Part shown: piece by piece, positions 39,001 through 49,192 of the stretch
Position numbering within the stretch: position 1 is the stretch's first letter
Layout: each line of letters starts with the position of its first letter
Virus record (IMG/VR): IMGVR_UViG_3300028569_002586
Coordinates: 1 to 64,000 of that record
Origin: a virus
Length of the DNA stretch: 64,000 bases
Direction: 5' to 3' (one strand)
Notes under the pieces: generated by a model
Database searches by the model: none
What the model was told of the DNA's origin: nothing
The model's input: only the letters and a program-made list of their open reading frames with translations
Made by a program: the position numbers and the translations under genes

Positions 39001-40175
39001 TCTCCTAGGCCAGTCAAAGGTGTTAAATCCACTGAGGACAGATTTGAGCAGCCAGCAAGGGTTAAATAACTGTTAGGGAGGCTGATGGGAGGTGCAGGAT
39101 CATTGTCCAGATGCACATTACTGAAGTAGATGCTTGTTAAAGATGGGCAAGATTGTATTTGAAGATTGTACAGTCTAGTTGAACTGGGTATTTCTGCAAA
39201 ATTTAAATCAACAAGATCAGGAGAATTGCTTACATTTAGAGCCCTTAAGCTGGATAAACTGGCAATGCCTTTGATTGCACTCAAAGCACTCAGAGAACCC
39301 AATCCAGATATATCCAAATAATATAACCCAGACAATCCATCTAATGTAATGTTGTTTGCAGAAAGGGTGTATTGTGGGTCATATGGTGCTATTTCACCGC
39401 TGTATCCCCTGCCGCCCAGATACAAGTACTTCAGGGTGGGAAAATTAGGAATATTAACTGCAGTTAAGTTGTTGTTTGCCAGACTTAATATTTCAATTGA
39501 GCTTAGAGGTCCAGTAAGGTTGAAGGAATTTAATTTTCTATTGGAATATGAGACGGAATTCCAGCGACTGATTGTAAAAGTTCTTAGGGCAGATAGAAAC
39601 TGTGTGTCACACAGAGAGAAGTCTTTGACCTGTAATTGATTTTGCCCTGCATATACATTTGGAATTTGACCACCTTTGAATTCTAATGCAGAAAGAGATC
39701 CATCTGACATATTCAAACCATTAGAAAATTGACAACCACTGATATTAAAGGTTACCAAATTACCCTGTCTGAGATCTATGTAATTGATATTCCTGTTAAA
39801 TACACCTGCAATCCTCACTGCAGTAAGATTGCCATAGTAATTTCCAGCCCACATGGTAAGATTTGTAAGATACTGATTGTATCTCAAATCCAAGTCTCCC
39901 CTCATGTATGTGCCTTCTGCAAATATTCTGGCAAGATTGGGGAACAAGTCAAAATCTATGTAAGTTGCATATTGAGGGCCTCGGGGTGCAAATTGACCAG
40001 AATAAATTTCAGTTATTAGTGCAAGTTTTGAGGAAGCATTGTTGAGATATAATGTGGAGCTACTATTTGCATCTACATAGTAGTCTGTGCCAGATATGAG
40101 ATGTACATTGCTATTAAAAAACCCTGATGATGTGGTTAGTAGTGTGTTGGATGTTGCTGCTGGTACAAATGCCAT
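36033..40175 (-). CDS. large LRR + MBG-like + L-type lectin adhesin/structural protein
   Basis: many internalin-like LRRs; YIYNGTVQTVT...TGTYTVSAVVTNDNFTGSATTTLTI; VTFDY...GEGFCVSF...GILGVGFDINGNF. Confidence 0.72.
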   Translation of the reverse strand: MAFVPAATSNTLLTTSSGFFNSNVHLISGTDYYVDANSSSTLYLNNASSKLALITEIYSGQFAPRGPQYATYIDFDLFPNLARIFAEGTYMRGDLDLRYNQYLTNLTMWAGNYYGNLTAVRIAGVFNRNINYIDLRQGNLVTFNISGCQFSNGLNMSDGSLSALEFKGGQIPNVYAGQNQLQVKDFSLCDTQFLSALRTFTISRWNSVSYSNRKLNSFNLTGPLSSIEILSLANNNLTAVNIPNFPTLKYLYLGGRGYSGEIAPYDPQYTLSANNITLDGLSGLYYLDISGLGSLSALSAIKGIASLSSLRALNVSNSPDLVDLNFAEIPSSTRLYNLQIQSCPSLTSIYFSNVHLDNDPAPPISLPNSYLTLAGCSNLSSVDLTPLTGLGDLYLNGCSKLTNVIYPNNGTGSLFLDGNPDAAINLSSPNNFNKVYFLSFTNLPSLTSLNITYLQNLQQLYLSNIPKLSSFDFSGLSALNWLRFYTMGSASAPYDLNLQRLSAMQIIDIQFNPGLTALNTNLTYNSLRTVNLTVNANLSSAVTFNSPSLKYFNSSTNRNVPRYNLNNNPSLHTVRIAGTTSSSPANRHSLSAISLVNNPSLSGLTLSNQHYYLSAIDLTNTNFLSAVSIGLTSLTALPPQINTKNLVSLSVTQNKLNEVNLPQATNLTSLICNNNSITSLDISNFNSLVTVYAYANKLSSFVDCNSSNLDTLYLHDNQLKQLTINSHPNLTQCYANSNQLTGVNFNAQSQDYVTLYLYDNQISQINLNSASFEYLHLSNNQLSALNLSNIQNINFLYCNNNPLTAITLHQNISSVYDLQVQNCQLSSKAIDSLYLQLSADPTNFGLSFYYTGNPQGRTAYTDSAYTTLISNAAFITPDEPPGSVPRATPEINIINVPATLGYLQTAVTRVSAYYFSTNDIPVYASVLSGPGVMVATNTLSALSGSGTVTLLLSSASTSIFVPVTAQTTVALQKLDISNAIFFDPPAPNYIYNGTVQTVTAYAAAYGGLTFNTYYLQGNTQVLPISTGTYTVSAVVTNDNFTGSATTTLTIYPSGYYELTPESVSTIIYASSGFDTTKDVVVTFDYACHGDQQQAGEGFCVSFLGYTAQTAGGAPGPGLNYTNATFISANALNEADFINYAGLSGGILGVGFDINGNFGLQGFNTQGYSSSVANSITIRDAFFKAYQTLYRTPTLSAFAEPFTIYQYITAGAPEFKRVRVRIANLGRQVIVQHKKPDQEKFHTYANYALTKALPRYVKPCLSFSSSVSATKMMIKNFNVNGFYLNDVGTSDPGLNLDTSLIGPGPIGLSGVTLTTDGSQDVLSYNGLSALTIPETMNLYIGTQLVANVLFDPIYANEVFTYYRAPINYTYVNYFTAGDLVL

Positions 40176-40178
40176 ATG

Positions 40179-43100
40179 TTATGCAAATATAAAATTGCCT
40201 CCAGTGTTGCCAATGCTGCTGCCCACAACAGAATATGTATTAAACTGTTGATAGCTGCTTGGGTTGCTAAAATTAGTGTGCAGAGTTTCAATGGTGGGTG
40301 TGTACATGGTGTTGATCACATTGGCTAATATACCGTTAAAGTATTTAAAGTCAGTATTGAAGATATAAAACATATTAGATGTGTCTTTTCCAAGATATGT
40401 AATGCTATATGTGCTTGTTTCTGAGTTGAATCTCAAAATGGGCTTTTCCACAGTCACAATATCAATGTTTAATCCAGTACCTGATAGTGTGAAGTCAATC
40501 ACATCACTGTATTGTATGTCAGCAACACGCATGTCAGGGTAAATTTGCACCAAATTGAAGGTGTTTAAATTCAATGCATAGATCACAGGATAAATGGCTT
40601 TGAAGTTGGATGCACTCAGTGTGGGGTGCAGTATTGTCTTGGCCAAGATGAGCTCATTGTTCTTCTCATCAAACCAAACAGTGGAGAATTTTTCTATATT
40701 TTCATTGAGGTTACCCCTGGTAACATATGTTTCATTGTTTGAAGATGTTCTGACACTATTATCTGTATAGTCAAATTCTATTTTATCAAACACCAGGTGG
40801 TTTTGTGTTTCAAGTTGCAGGGTGTCATAGTAGATATCAAAATTGATGATCTTTGTGTTGATTTCATCTAATATACTGGAAGGGTACTTCAGGAAGACAC
40901 CAGATAATGCACTGGACACTGGTTGAATGATGGAGCTGTTGGAGTTCCTAAAATAAAGATCACCATAATTAATATATTTTGTTTGGTAAATGGTTTGTTT
41001 TTCATTTAACCCTGGTAGAGTTGGCACATAAGCTGTGTCTCTGTTGGGCAGGACTATATTAAAGAACCTGCTGTACAACACAAAATTTGATGGATCATAA
41101 AACTCATCATTGCATGGGGTGAATTGATCTGTGAAAGAACTCACAACAAAGTAATATGCATAATAGTTGGTTAGTGCTGATGGTGGGGGTGTGAATGTGT
41201 AAACACCTGCAAAGGCAAAGTTGGCTCTATAATCAGGCCCACTGGGATTGACACCACCATCTGCAAGGATATCATAATAAACAGGAGATGTTATGGGGTC
41301 AAATGAGGGATCATCAGAAGATGCATCTACTAACAGATCACCATTGGGAGAGATGAAGCTGAAACCATCACGCACATTGCAATCAAAGAAGATATTAATT
41401 GTATCAGAGCAGAAGCGTTCAGGTTGCAGTCGGTAAGAAACAATGGAGAAAGGTTCTCCTGAAAGTGCAAACAAAGGTATGCCATTATCATACTGTGAAG
41501 CGGAAAGCGGTGATGCACCTGTGATGCTGCTAGCATGTGTGAAGTATCCTGATCCAGGTGGAATTTGTGTTATAGTTCTGGCAATTACACCAGAATAATT
41601 TTTAGCTGGATCAACTTCTGTATAATCAAAGTTAAATCCACTTGTAAAGTCATAAAAAGTGTGACCGTCCAGTATCAAGCAATTTTTATCTTGATTTTCT
41701 ATGCTAATTGTTGACAGTATTGCTGATGTGTTTTTGTATGGTTCAGTTAATTTGTAGAGTCCGTAGTCATTGCCATACACATCTGATTTGTATTGTACCA
41801 GTGTCTTGTTGATGCTCAACAAGGTCTCCAAACGCGTTTCAATGGGAAAGAAAATTGAAGGCACAAGAGGGTACACATCTGAATTTGCCCATCTATTTTT
41901 CAGCAGATCCTCAAAAAAATCTTGTGGATCCACATGTCTGGATATGCCTTGATTGGAGAAATCTATGGACTGTTCTCTGGCTTGATAAGCTCTGAAGGTA
42001 TGCAGCAATGGATCACTCTTCACGTCACCAAATTTATAACAATTAGAATAATCAATCTGTGTGAAGCTGTTGTCTTCTATGAAAGTTAAAGGTGAAAATT
42101 GATCTTGTTGTGTATTACCAGAAATATTTCCAAATTTATTTGGGTCAGGAAAAATATAGACTGTATTTGTCTGAAGAGAGGTTACATTGACGTTGTAAGT
42201 GAAATTAAAATTGTTAAAGTTTAAAAACCCCACCCGATCTGGCTTGAAGAACAGACCTTGTTGCTTTGCAGTTTTTAAATTTGCTTCATTAGGAACAAAA
42301 GCTACAGTGGGTGATAATTTGTTCAAATAATTTGCAAAAGGGCTTTGAGCTTGAAAAAGCATTCCTGAGGCAACATTTGTGAGACTGTTACCAGTTGATA
42401 CATAATAAAAATCTGTGCCTGTGTATTTCTTGTTAAGTTCAGAAAGAAGATTTAATTTTAAATTGTTTTCTGTGTTGTTGTTGATGAGATTGATGAAATC
42501 TCTGTCTTTTAGTAGGTCCAGCCTGGAGGGATCAATTGCAGGTAAAACTGAAAAATTATTTGTTCCAATTTCAGTTAAAAAGAATGGGTAGCTTGTTATG
42601 GCATTTACTATGGAACGGTCAAAATTAAGATACAGTTCAGCATCAATGTTGAATATGTTTAAAACAAAATCAGTTTCTCTGAGACCAGATGCATTGTATG
42701 CTGAAGCAGGCAGTGTGCCCAGATCAAAATAGTCAGAATAGTTGTCATACAATTCTTCAAGTTCAACTAAAGTATCATTGCGTATGGATGAAATGGAAAG
42801 GTTCAGTGTTCTGATCAGGGCAGTTAAATCCTGTGCTTCCAAGGTTTTAGAGATTTCATTATAAATGAGTCTTTCCAATCCAGAATTGCTTCCCTTGAGA
42901 TTGTATTCCACAACAGCTGTTTTAGCTGTATCTCTAAGAGTGGAGAAGTATATGCAAATATCTTTAATTTTCTTTGCAAAGAAGGGAACTGCAATTGCAA
43001 GATCTCTATTGTTTGTATAGTCAATATTTTTTAAAAATCTTCTCTCATCCACAGATGTAAAGTTTAAAACAATTTCATTAATAAAATCTAGGTAATATGT

Positions 43101-43334
43101 TTTAACCACATCTTGTGCAGCAGTGGGTGTATAGTTCTTTGCTTCAAACCAATTGTTCAGATAGCTGTTGTAACGTGCAAACAGCTCTTCGGATGTCAAA
43201 GCTAATGAAGAATTGAATTTGAGCCATTCAATGAAGCTAATTGGATTGGTTCTGTCTATGGGTGTTTCTGCCAGGACATCTTTAGTAATAGAATTATCTA
43301 GTGTTTCATCAACAAATCTATTGATATCAAGCAT
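40179..43334 (-). CDS. large baseplate/virion structural protein
   Basis: 1051 aa in wedge operon; late promoter upstream. Confidence 0.55.
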   Translation of the reverse strand: MLDINRFVDETLDNSITKDVLAETPIDRTNPISFIEWLKFNSSLALTSEELFARYNSYLNNWFEAKNYTPTAAQDVVKTYYLDFINEIVLNFTSVDERRFLKNIDYTNNRDLAIAVPFFAKKIKDICIYFSTLRDTAKTAVVEYNLKGSNSGLERLIYNEISKTLEAQDLTALIRTLNLSISSIRNDTLVELEELYDNYSDYFDLGTLPASAYNASGLRETDFVLNIFNIDAELYLNFDRSIVNAITSYPFFLTEIGTNNFSVLPAIDPSRLDLLKDRDFINLINNNTENNLKLNLLSELNKKYTGTDFYYVSTGNSLTNVASGMLFQAQSPFANYLNKLSPTVAFVPNEANLKTAKQQGLFFKPDRVGFLNFNNFNFTYNVNVTSLQTNTVYIFPDPNKFGNISGNTQQDQFSPLTFIEDNSFTQIDYSNCYKFGDVKSDPLLHTFRAYQAREQSIDFSNQGISRHVDPQDFFEDLLKNRWANSDVYPLVPSIFFPIETRLETLLSINKTLVQYKSDVYGNDYGLYKLTEPYKNTSAILSTISIENQDKNCLILDGHTFYDFTSGFNFDYTEVDPAKNYSGVIARTITQIPPGSGYFTHASSITGASPLSASQYDNGIPLFALSGEPFSIVSYRLQPERFCSDTINIFFDCNVRDGFSFISPNGDLLVDASSDDPSFDPITSPVYYDILADGGVNPSGPDYRANFAFAGVYTFTPPPSALTNYYAYYFVVSSFTDQFTPCNDEFYDPSNFVLYSRFFNIVLPNRDTAYVPTLPGLNEKQTIYQTKYINYGDLYFRNSNSSIIQPVSSALSGVFLKYPSSILDEINTKIINFDIYYDTLQLETQNHLVFDKIEFDYTDNSVRTSSNNETYVTRGNLNENIEKFSTVWFDEKNNELILAKTILHPTLSASNFKAIYPVIYALNLNTFNLVQIYPDMRVADIQYSDVIDFTLSGTGLNIDIVTVEKPILRFNSETSTYSITYLGKDTSNMFYIFNTDFKYFNGILANVINTMYTPTIETLHTNFSNPSSYQQFNTYSVVGSSIGNTGGNFIFA

Positions 43335-43342
43335 TAAATTAT

Positions 43343-46300
43343 TTAATTGTTGAATACAATATCAACAGCACTAGTGAAGAGCTTTAATCCCTTGGTAATC
43401 TCATAGCTGAGTAGATTTTGCATGATGCCATCTGTTTTGGACCAGTCTCTATAGGAGCTCAAACTGGGGTTTAATAGTGTTAATGGGTCATACCAATTGA
43501 TTATATTGTTGTAATAGCTTCCCTGTATGCCATCAATGTATTCATTGAAACTGTAGTAATTTGCAATATCAGTACCTGAGACACTGCGGGGAGCAACCAA
43601 GCCCCATCCCCAATTGTAAGAAAACGTACTGAGAGGGACAACATCACCAATAACGTAGCCTGGTATGATGTTTGTGTTGGCCAGGCTGTATAAGTCAGAG
43701 AATGTCTCCAACACTACAACCGGCACGCCAACTGTAATTGCACCAGAAACAGGGGAAATTTTATTGCCGAGATTGCTGCCGTACAAGGGGTTATTTAAAT
43801 ATCCTTTTTTATCAAAATTGTTATTGAAGGTGTTCTTCTCACCCCATAGCAGTTTGTGCTTGATGCTCAATATATCGACCAACCGTCTCACTTGTGGTGG
43901 AAAAGGGTAATTGTACTGTTCAAACTGCAAGCTCACTTCATCACAGAATGATAATAACCTGTCCAAGTTGCATTTGTCAATATCAGCATTATTGGACACA
44001 AAATTAGCAATTTTTTCATATACTACTTTTCCAAGTTCATATGGCTGAGCGCTTATGTCACCTACTATGGTGCCAAGAAAGTTATCAAAAAATAGTTTTT
44101 TATCATCTAGTGATTCTTGATACCTGAGATTTTTATAGAATTGACTTGCATCAAAATCTTCATTAATTTTTGTTATGTTGTATTTGCCAGTGTCGGGGTA
44201 TATGTTGAAAAGCTCAGATTCACCGGTCACTGTTCTCACCACTGTGTAGGGCACCATGTACTTGTTGATCCATCTGGACCCATTCCAATCCCCATAAGAT
44301 TGAAAGAGTTGCTCAGTAAATGCTGATACAGGGTTTGCGGGGCTATTAGCGGGAAATGTGAGTGTAATGTAATCAGTGCTGCATAGAGATGTGAGATTAG
44401 TTGTGTAACTATCAATATAATACATTTTGTTATCGAAATTATTAATTGTCCAGATGTAATTGCTGGTGTCAGAAGCTATGCCGCCAATACTGCAAATATA
44501 ATTTGTTTGATTTAGTCCAGAGCCAGCAACATAATATCTTAATTGTGCAGTATCACCATCTATTCTAACAATAGTTTCTCTGTCATCTGCCACATAAGCA
44601 TTTTGACCACCATCAACAGTTATGTTGCCTGCCAGCCTGAAGCCTGACAAAGGATAGCCTGCAAGCACATTGCCAATGCTGTCAAATTTATAGACAAAAT
44701 CATTCTTGCCTGTTAATGAAGGTGAAGGTGAATTCAAATTGAGAGCTGTTAACCAGACATATTTGTTTCTATCCACTACAATTTCAACTGGTGAGATCAA
44801 GCTGGTGAGTGGTTTGGCGATTAGTAGGTTGCCGTCTGTGTCATATTTGATTAAGAAATTGGACACAGGGTGGGTGTAGGCAACCCAAATATTATTTTCA
44901 CTGTCTGTGTCTAAGGATGCAGGTAATAGAGCATTTTCACCTGCAAAACCACTCAATTCAGGAATATTATAATCAGAACTCAATGCATATACAGCATTCA
45001 TTAAGTTGGGGTAAGCAACAGCTTTCAAGTATCCTGTGTACCGGTCTATTTTAATGCATGAAACAGAATCAAACAGCGATATCCATATGTCACTGTTTCC
45101 ATCTAAGGCAACACTGTTTGGAGCTGCACTGGATAATTCCTGGGACTGCAGATCAACTGTGTTGAATGCATCCAATGGGTAAGCAGATAGGCTAAAAGCA
45201 GAAAGTATTTCACCGAAAATAGTTATTTTATAGATTTTATCTGCATTACCATCTGCAACCCATGATTGATAATCTTCTCCAGCTCCTGCACCTGAAGGTG
45301 CAACAGCAATGGCATAACTCTCTGTGCTGCCTGGTGTGGGATAATCATTAATGTACGCAGAAAGAATAACATTCATTGCACCTGCGCAAGAATCATAGAA
45401 TGTAGTTTTAAATATTCTTTTGATATAGAAATGTTGTGGTTCTGCCACCCAACCTACCAAGCTATCTTTAGGAAAATTGACTGGGTCAACAATTGCCATG
45501 CTTGCTGTGAGTTTCACATTTTCAGTGCTCTCATGTGGTATGATGTATCCTTTGTAGAAGCTGCCTACTGACTGAGGTATATCTACACTAAAATCACTAT
45601 AGAATGACAGGTTGGTAAGACATGCTGTTGCAGTGCCAGTATCTTGCACAAGTGAAATTTCTAAATTATAAGCAGATAAACCAGATAGAGAAGGGTCCAC
45701 TGTGGCAGATGAAAGAGGGGGATAGGTTCTGGTTGTGTATCCTGTTTCATCTTTCATTCTGATGACAAAAGGTATTTCAGTATTCTGCCAGCTTATGTAA
45801 GGCATGTTAAAGTTTGTAGCTGTGAGAGGCCCTTCACCGTCAATGCCGTTTGTTGTGATGGCTAATTTATTTGCAGGGTTGTGTCTTACTTTGATGATAG
45901 GCAACACAGCAGGTTGCAGATTCTGATACCCTGCAGGTGGGTAGCCAATGTAATTCTGCACATCAGTAAGCACAGCATATGCATCCTTGAATTTTGCATT
46001 ATCAAAAGTCGCCATGATCAGGATGGGTGGCTCCCTTGAGGTGTAATTTTTTGTTTTATCATCCACATAGTAAAAATCTGCATAACCTGTGGTCCCTGCA
46101 AAGTATGCTCCTGCATCTTCTTCCCTGCATGCTTCAATGCTGTTGTTGACTATTCTTGCATATACGTCAGTATCTTTGGTATTGACATGATCAACAATAA
46201 CAAATTCATCATTATCACCTATGGTTTGCACTTCATAAAAGCGGGACAAGCTTCGAAGATGGCTCCATTTATCATTGATAAAAGAATTGTAATCAATGTA

Positions 46301-46789
46301 GCTGCCTGCAGCTCCTGATGCATACAGATTAATGGTGTATGTGCCGCTCAAAGCATCATATGATTGCCAGCTGTTTTGGCGCTGGATGGTCAAGGGCTCT
46401 ATGATTCTGCTTGCAGGTACGTCATATATGAATCTCTTGAAATCTTTAAACTCAAGCTTATCTGCAACAAAGTCATGTATTTGTATTGTGGGCTGGTAGC
46501 TACTGTCATATGCATTGCCATAGTTGTCAAAAACAGTTAAACGTGGTTTGTAATTGCCAGGCCATCTGTAAACATGTGAAGCAGTGAGATCATTGGAAAA
46601 GGTACCATCACCAAAATTCCACTCAATTTTTTTATTACTAAGCACCACAGCTCCAGTTAGCAAGGGTGAGGATGTAAAATCAGGAATAAAAGTAATTGGT
46701 GTAATGTCTAATGTATATGAAGATAAAACATTATTACCGGTATAATCATTACTAAAGAAAAAGAGGTAAGAAAAATTAACAGAAGCCAT
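43343..46789 (-). CDS. baseplate wedge protein with PKD domain and NHL/Vgb-like propeller (gp7-like position)
   Basis: EWNFGDGT...ASHVYRWPGNY.PRLTV; P.S(V/L)A(L/V)DG..(D/N)IW repeats; directly follows gp6. Confidence 0.65.
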   Translation of the reverse strand: MASVNFSYLFFFSNDYTGNNVLSSYTLDITPITFIPDFTSSPLLTGAVVLSNKKIEWNFGDGTFSNDLTASHVYRWPGNYKPRLTVFDNYGNAYDSSYQPTIQIHDFVADKLEFKDFKRFIYDVPASRIIEPLTIQRQNSWQSYDALSGTYTINLYASGAAGSYIDYNSFINDKWSHLRSLSRFYEVQTIGDNDEFVIVDHVNTKDTDVYARIVNNSIEACREEDAGAYFAGTTGYADFYYVDDKTKNYTSREPPILIMATFDNAKFKDAYAVLTDVQNYIGYPPAGYQNLQPAVLPIIKVRHNPANKLAITTNGIDGEGPLTATNFNMPYISWQNTEIPFVIRMKDETGYTTRTYPPLSSATVDPSLSGLSAYNLEISLVQDTGTATACLTNLSFYSDFSVDIPQSVGSFYKGYIIPHESTENVKLTASMAIVDPVNFPKDSLVGWVAEPQHFYIKRIFKTTFYDSCAGAMNVILSAYINDYPTPGSTESYAIAVAPSGAGAGEDYQSWVADGNADKIYKITIFGEILSAFSLSAYPLDAFNTVDLQSQELSSAAPNSVALDGNSDIWISLFDSVSCIKIDRYTGYLKAVAYPNLMNAVYALSSDYNIPELSGFAGENALLPASLDTDSENNIWVAYTHPVSNFLIKYDTDGNLLIAKPLTSLISPVEIVVDRNKYVWLTALNLNSPSPSLTGKNDFVYKFDSIGNVLAGYPLSGFRLAGNITVDGGQNAYVADDRETIVRIDGDTAQLRYYVAGSGLNQTNYICSIGGIASDTSNYIWTINNFDNKMYYIDSYTTNLTSLCSTDYITLTFPANSPANPVSAFTEQLFQSYGDWNGSRWINKYMVPYTVVRTVTGESELFNIYPDTGKYNITKINEDFDASQFYKNLRYQESLDDKKLFFDNFLGTIVGDISAQPYELGKVVYEKIANFVSNNADIDKCNLDRLLSFCDEVSLQFEQYNYPFPPQVRRLVDILSIKHKLLWGEKNTFNNNFDKKGYLNNPLYGSNLGNKISPVSGAITVGVPVVVLETFSDLYSLANTNIIPGYVIGDVVPLSTFSYNWGWGLVAPRSVSGTDIANYYSFNEYIDGIQGSYYNNIINWYDPLTLLNPSLSSYRDWSKTDGIMQNLLSYEITKGLKLFTSAVDIVFNN

Positions 46790-48651
46790 TAGAACTCTCT
46801 TTCAATAGATTGTATTGAAGGAGTTATGACATTAATTTTATTGATGAAATCGAGTTGGTTGTTGAGGAAGGGGAATTTAAAGAATGGGAGTGCAGTGTCT
46901 TGTGTTATAATGGCTATATCGTCATAGGGATAGACCGGATTATATACAAGCAGACTGACTCCAGGTACTTTTATTGTACTTCCATTAACTGTACGTACTG
47001 TATTGATTTCATTTACTCCTTCAATCTGTAGTATACTGTTTGATATATCAGTAAGAGATATTGTTAAACCTAAATTATTTTTTGTTGTAGAGAAATAATT
47101 AATAAAGATTTCTGCAATCTGTTTTTTAAGTGTTTCAGGGTTTCTCCTGGCAGTAACACTTCTTGAGATTTGTAAGAAAGTAGTATCAGCAATTGATGGT
47201 GCAAGATCTTCACCTGAAGCTTTTAGCCCAAGATCAACAAGCACATAAACAGGGTCAGCAACGACCACTTCAGCAGTTGCTAGCTTAGTACTGTTCACAT
47301 CGTTGAGGATGACTTGTTTTTGTGCGCTATTTAAATAGTTTGCTCTAGTTGTAAGTGAAGTGACTTTTTCAAGTCTGGGAACTGCATAAACATACACGTT
47401 ATTAAAGTTACATGAATCAGAAAATTTAACTTGATTGAATAATACTCTGGATTCAATATTTGGTTTTTCAACTCCGATATCAAAATAATACTTCACATGT
47501 TGGCTTAGAAAGTCCCAATTGTTAACTACTTTAGCTGAAGCAAGAATGTTGCTGTAATTTTTAAGAATATAATTTGTAAAATCCTCAGCAGTAATCAAAC
47601 GGTATTGGCTCTTGAATGTATTGATGGAGTTTTGTTTTATGCTGGTGACACTCTCTGCTTCAACGTAGTTGGTAGATGGGTCACTGTTTGTAAAGGTAAT
47701 ATAAGAAGCTTGTGTGGGTGTTATGACAGTTAGATTAACAGGTGTAGTATCATTCTTGATTTCATTGAATCGTGTTGTTGCATAGGAAAATAAGTTGTTA
47801 TTGTTTAGAATATTTGGTCCAATTTGTCCTGATGTGCCACCAGACTTGAGATAGTATATGGCCACCTCATCACCCGCATTGAGTTGCTTGCCATTAATAT
47901 TATTACCAAACTTTATTTCATATCGCCCACTTTCATTGAGTCTAATTTCATATTTCAAAGAATTGGACCTTTCAAGGAACAGCGATGCTGTTGGGCTCCA
48001 TTTGGACCATGTAGGATTTGATGTGGTATTGTCTCTGACATACACATCAATATTAAAATGGTCAATAACAATATTATTACCTGCATTATCAACAACTGTG
48101 AGTGTAATGACTTCAAAAGGTTCCCCAGCAGCGACATACGTAGGGTATTCAACATATGTTCCTTGATAGAGGAGATTTTGACTACTAAAGTCAGATAAAA
48201 ATTCTGTTCCTGAAGTGGCTTTTGTAAATGATATGTCGTTATTAAAAGAATAGTTAACACCGTTTACAGTAAAATAAGAATATCTTTGAATGGTGTAGGT
48301 CTCAGGTACTAGCTGTTGTGAGGCAGTTGCTTGAAAAGGCAATATGGATGTTTGATTGCCCACAGGGCTGTAGTTGATTAGCTTAACAATTTTATTGATG
48401 TTTTCATAAAGCTCAGCATTTGTAAAAGAACTTTCAGAGCTTGTACGGTTAAGATAGAATAACAACACATGGTATGCATAAGCAACAATATCAATGATAG
48501 AAGAGATGTTGCTACCTTCAAAATTTTGATCAGTGAAGACGTCATTGCTGTTTAATCTCTTGATGATGAGGTTTTTCAGGGATAGTGCGTCAAACGCTGC
48601 ATAGCCATCAACATTCAGATTGAAATTATTAAATGTGTTTTGTGTTGCCAT
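46789..48651 (-). CDS. baseplate wedge subunit, T4 gp6-like
   Basis: FTDQNFEGSNISSIIDIVAY...ESSFTNA...KLINYSP; YEIKFGNNINGK; Q.RLITAEDF. Confidence 0.88.
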   Translation of the reverse strand: MATQNTFNNFNLNVDGYAAFDALSLKNLIIKRLNSNDVFTDQNFEGSNISSIIDIVAYAYHVLLFYLNRTSSESSFTNAELYENINKIVKLINYSPVGNQTSILPFQATASQQLVPETYTIQRYSYFTVNGVNYSFNNDISFTKATSGTEFLSDFSSQNLLYQGTYVEYPTYVAAGEPFEVITLTVVDNAGNNIVIDHFNIDVYVRDNTTSNPTWSKWSPTASLFLERSNSLKYEIRLNESGRYEIKFGNNINGKQLNAGDEVAIYYLKSGGTSGQIGPNILNNNNLFSYATTRFNEIKNDTTPVNLTVITPTQASYITFTNSDPSTNYVEAESVTSIKQNSINTFKSQYRLITAEDFTNYILKNYSNILASAKVVNNWDFLSQHVKYYFDIGVEKPNIESRVLFNQVKFSDSCNFNNVYVYAVPRLEKVTSLTTRANYLNSAQKQVILNDVNSTKLATAEVVVADPVYVLVDLGLKASGEDLAPSIADTTFLQISRSVTARRNPETLKKQIAEIFINYFSTTKNNLGLTISLTDISNSILQIEGVNEINTVRTVNGSTIKVPGVSLLVYNPVYPYDDIAIITQDTALPFFKFPFLNNQLDFINKINVITPSIQSIEREF

Positions 48652-48652
48652 A

Positions 48653-49132
48653 TTAATTATTGAAGTAGAACCCAGAATTACTTAATGTTCCTATGAGCTT
48701 AAAGGATGTATTTGTTATGCGTGGAGCAGATACAGTTAGTGTGATAATGTACTGGCTGTTCACCTCATCCACCACAATGTCTATCTTCTTGATAGAGACT
48801 CTTGGTTCAAAGGTGGCAATACCATTTAAAATCTCATTACCAATTGAATTGGCAATATTCTTGCTCACAGGGTCAAACAGATATTGTACCAAGTTTAGTC
48901 CAAAATAGGGGTTTAATATCTTTTGGCCTGGTATAGTGGTAAACAAGTTGAAGATGCTTGTTTTAATAGCATCATAATCAAGACTATTGATGGAATCTTT
49001 GATTTCTTGTGTCTTGAGCAACTCATTGTTTCTTGTGTAGTCAAATTCTAAATCAAGCTTTATATCAGAATATGTGAATCCTTGGTATGTTTCTGCAGGT
49101 TTTTGAACTGTCTTTATATTGATAGAAGCCAC
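48653..49132 (-). CDS. baseplate wedge/sheath initiator, T4 gp25-like
   Basis: AIKTSIFNLFTTIPGQKILNPYFGLNL..YLFDP...FEPRV. Confidence 0.9.
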   Translation of the reverse strand: MASINIKTVQKPAETYQGFTYSDIKLDLEFDYTRNNELLKTQEIKDSINSLDYDAIKTSIFNLFTTIPGQKILNPYFGLNLVQYLFDPVSKNIANSIGNEILNGIATFEPRVSIKKIDIVVDEVNSQYIITLTVSAPRITNTSFKLIGTLSNSGFYFNN

Positions 49133-49192
49133 AAAAATATTTATATTTAAAATTAAATTAAGAAACTTATATCTTATAAGATAAATATTAAT

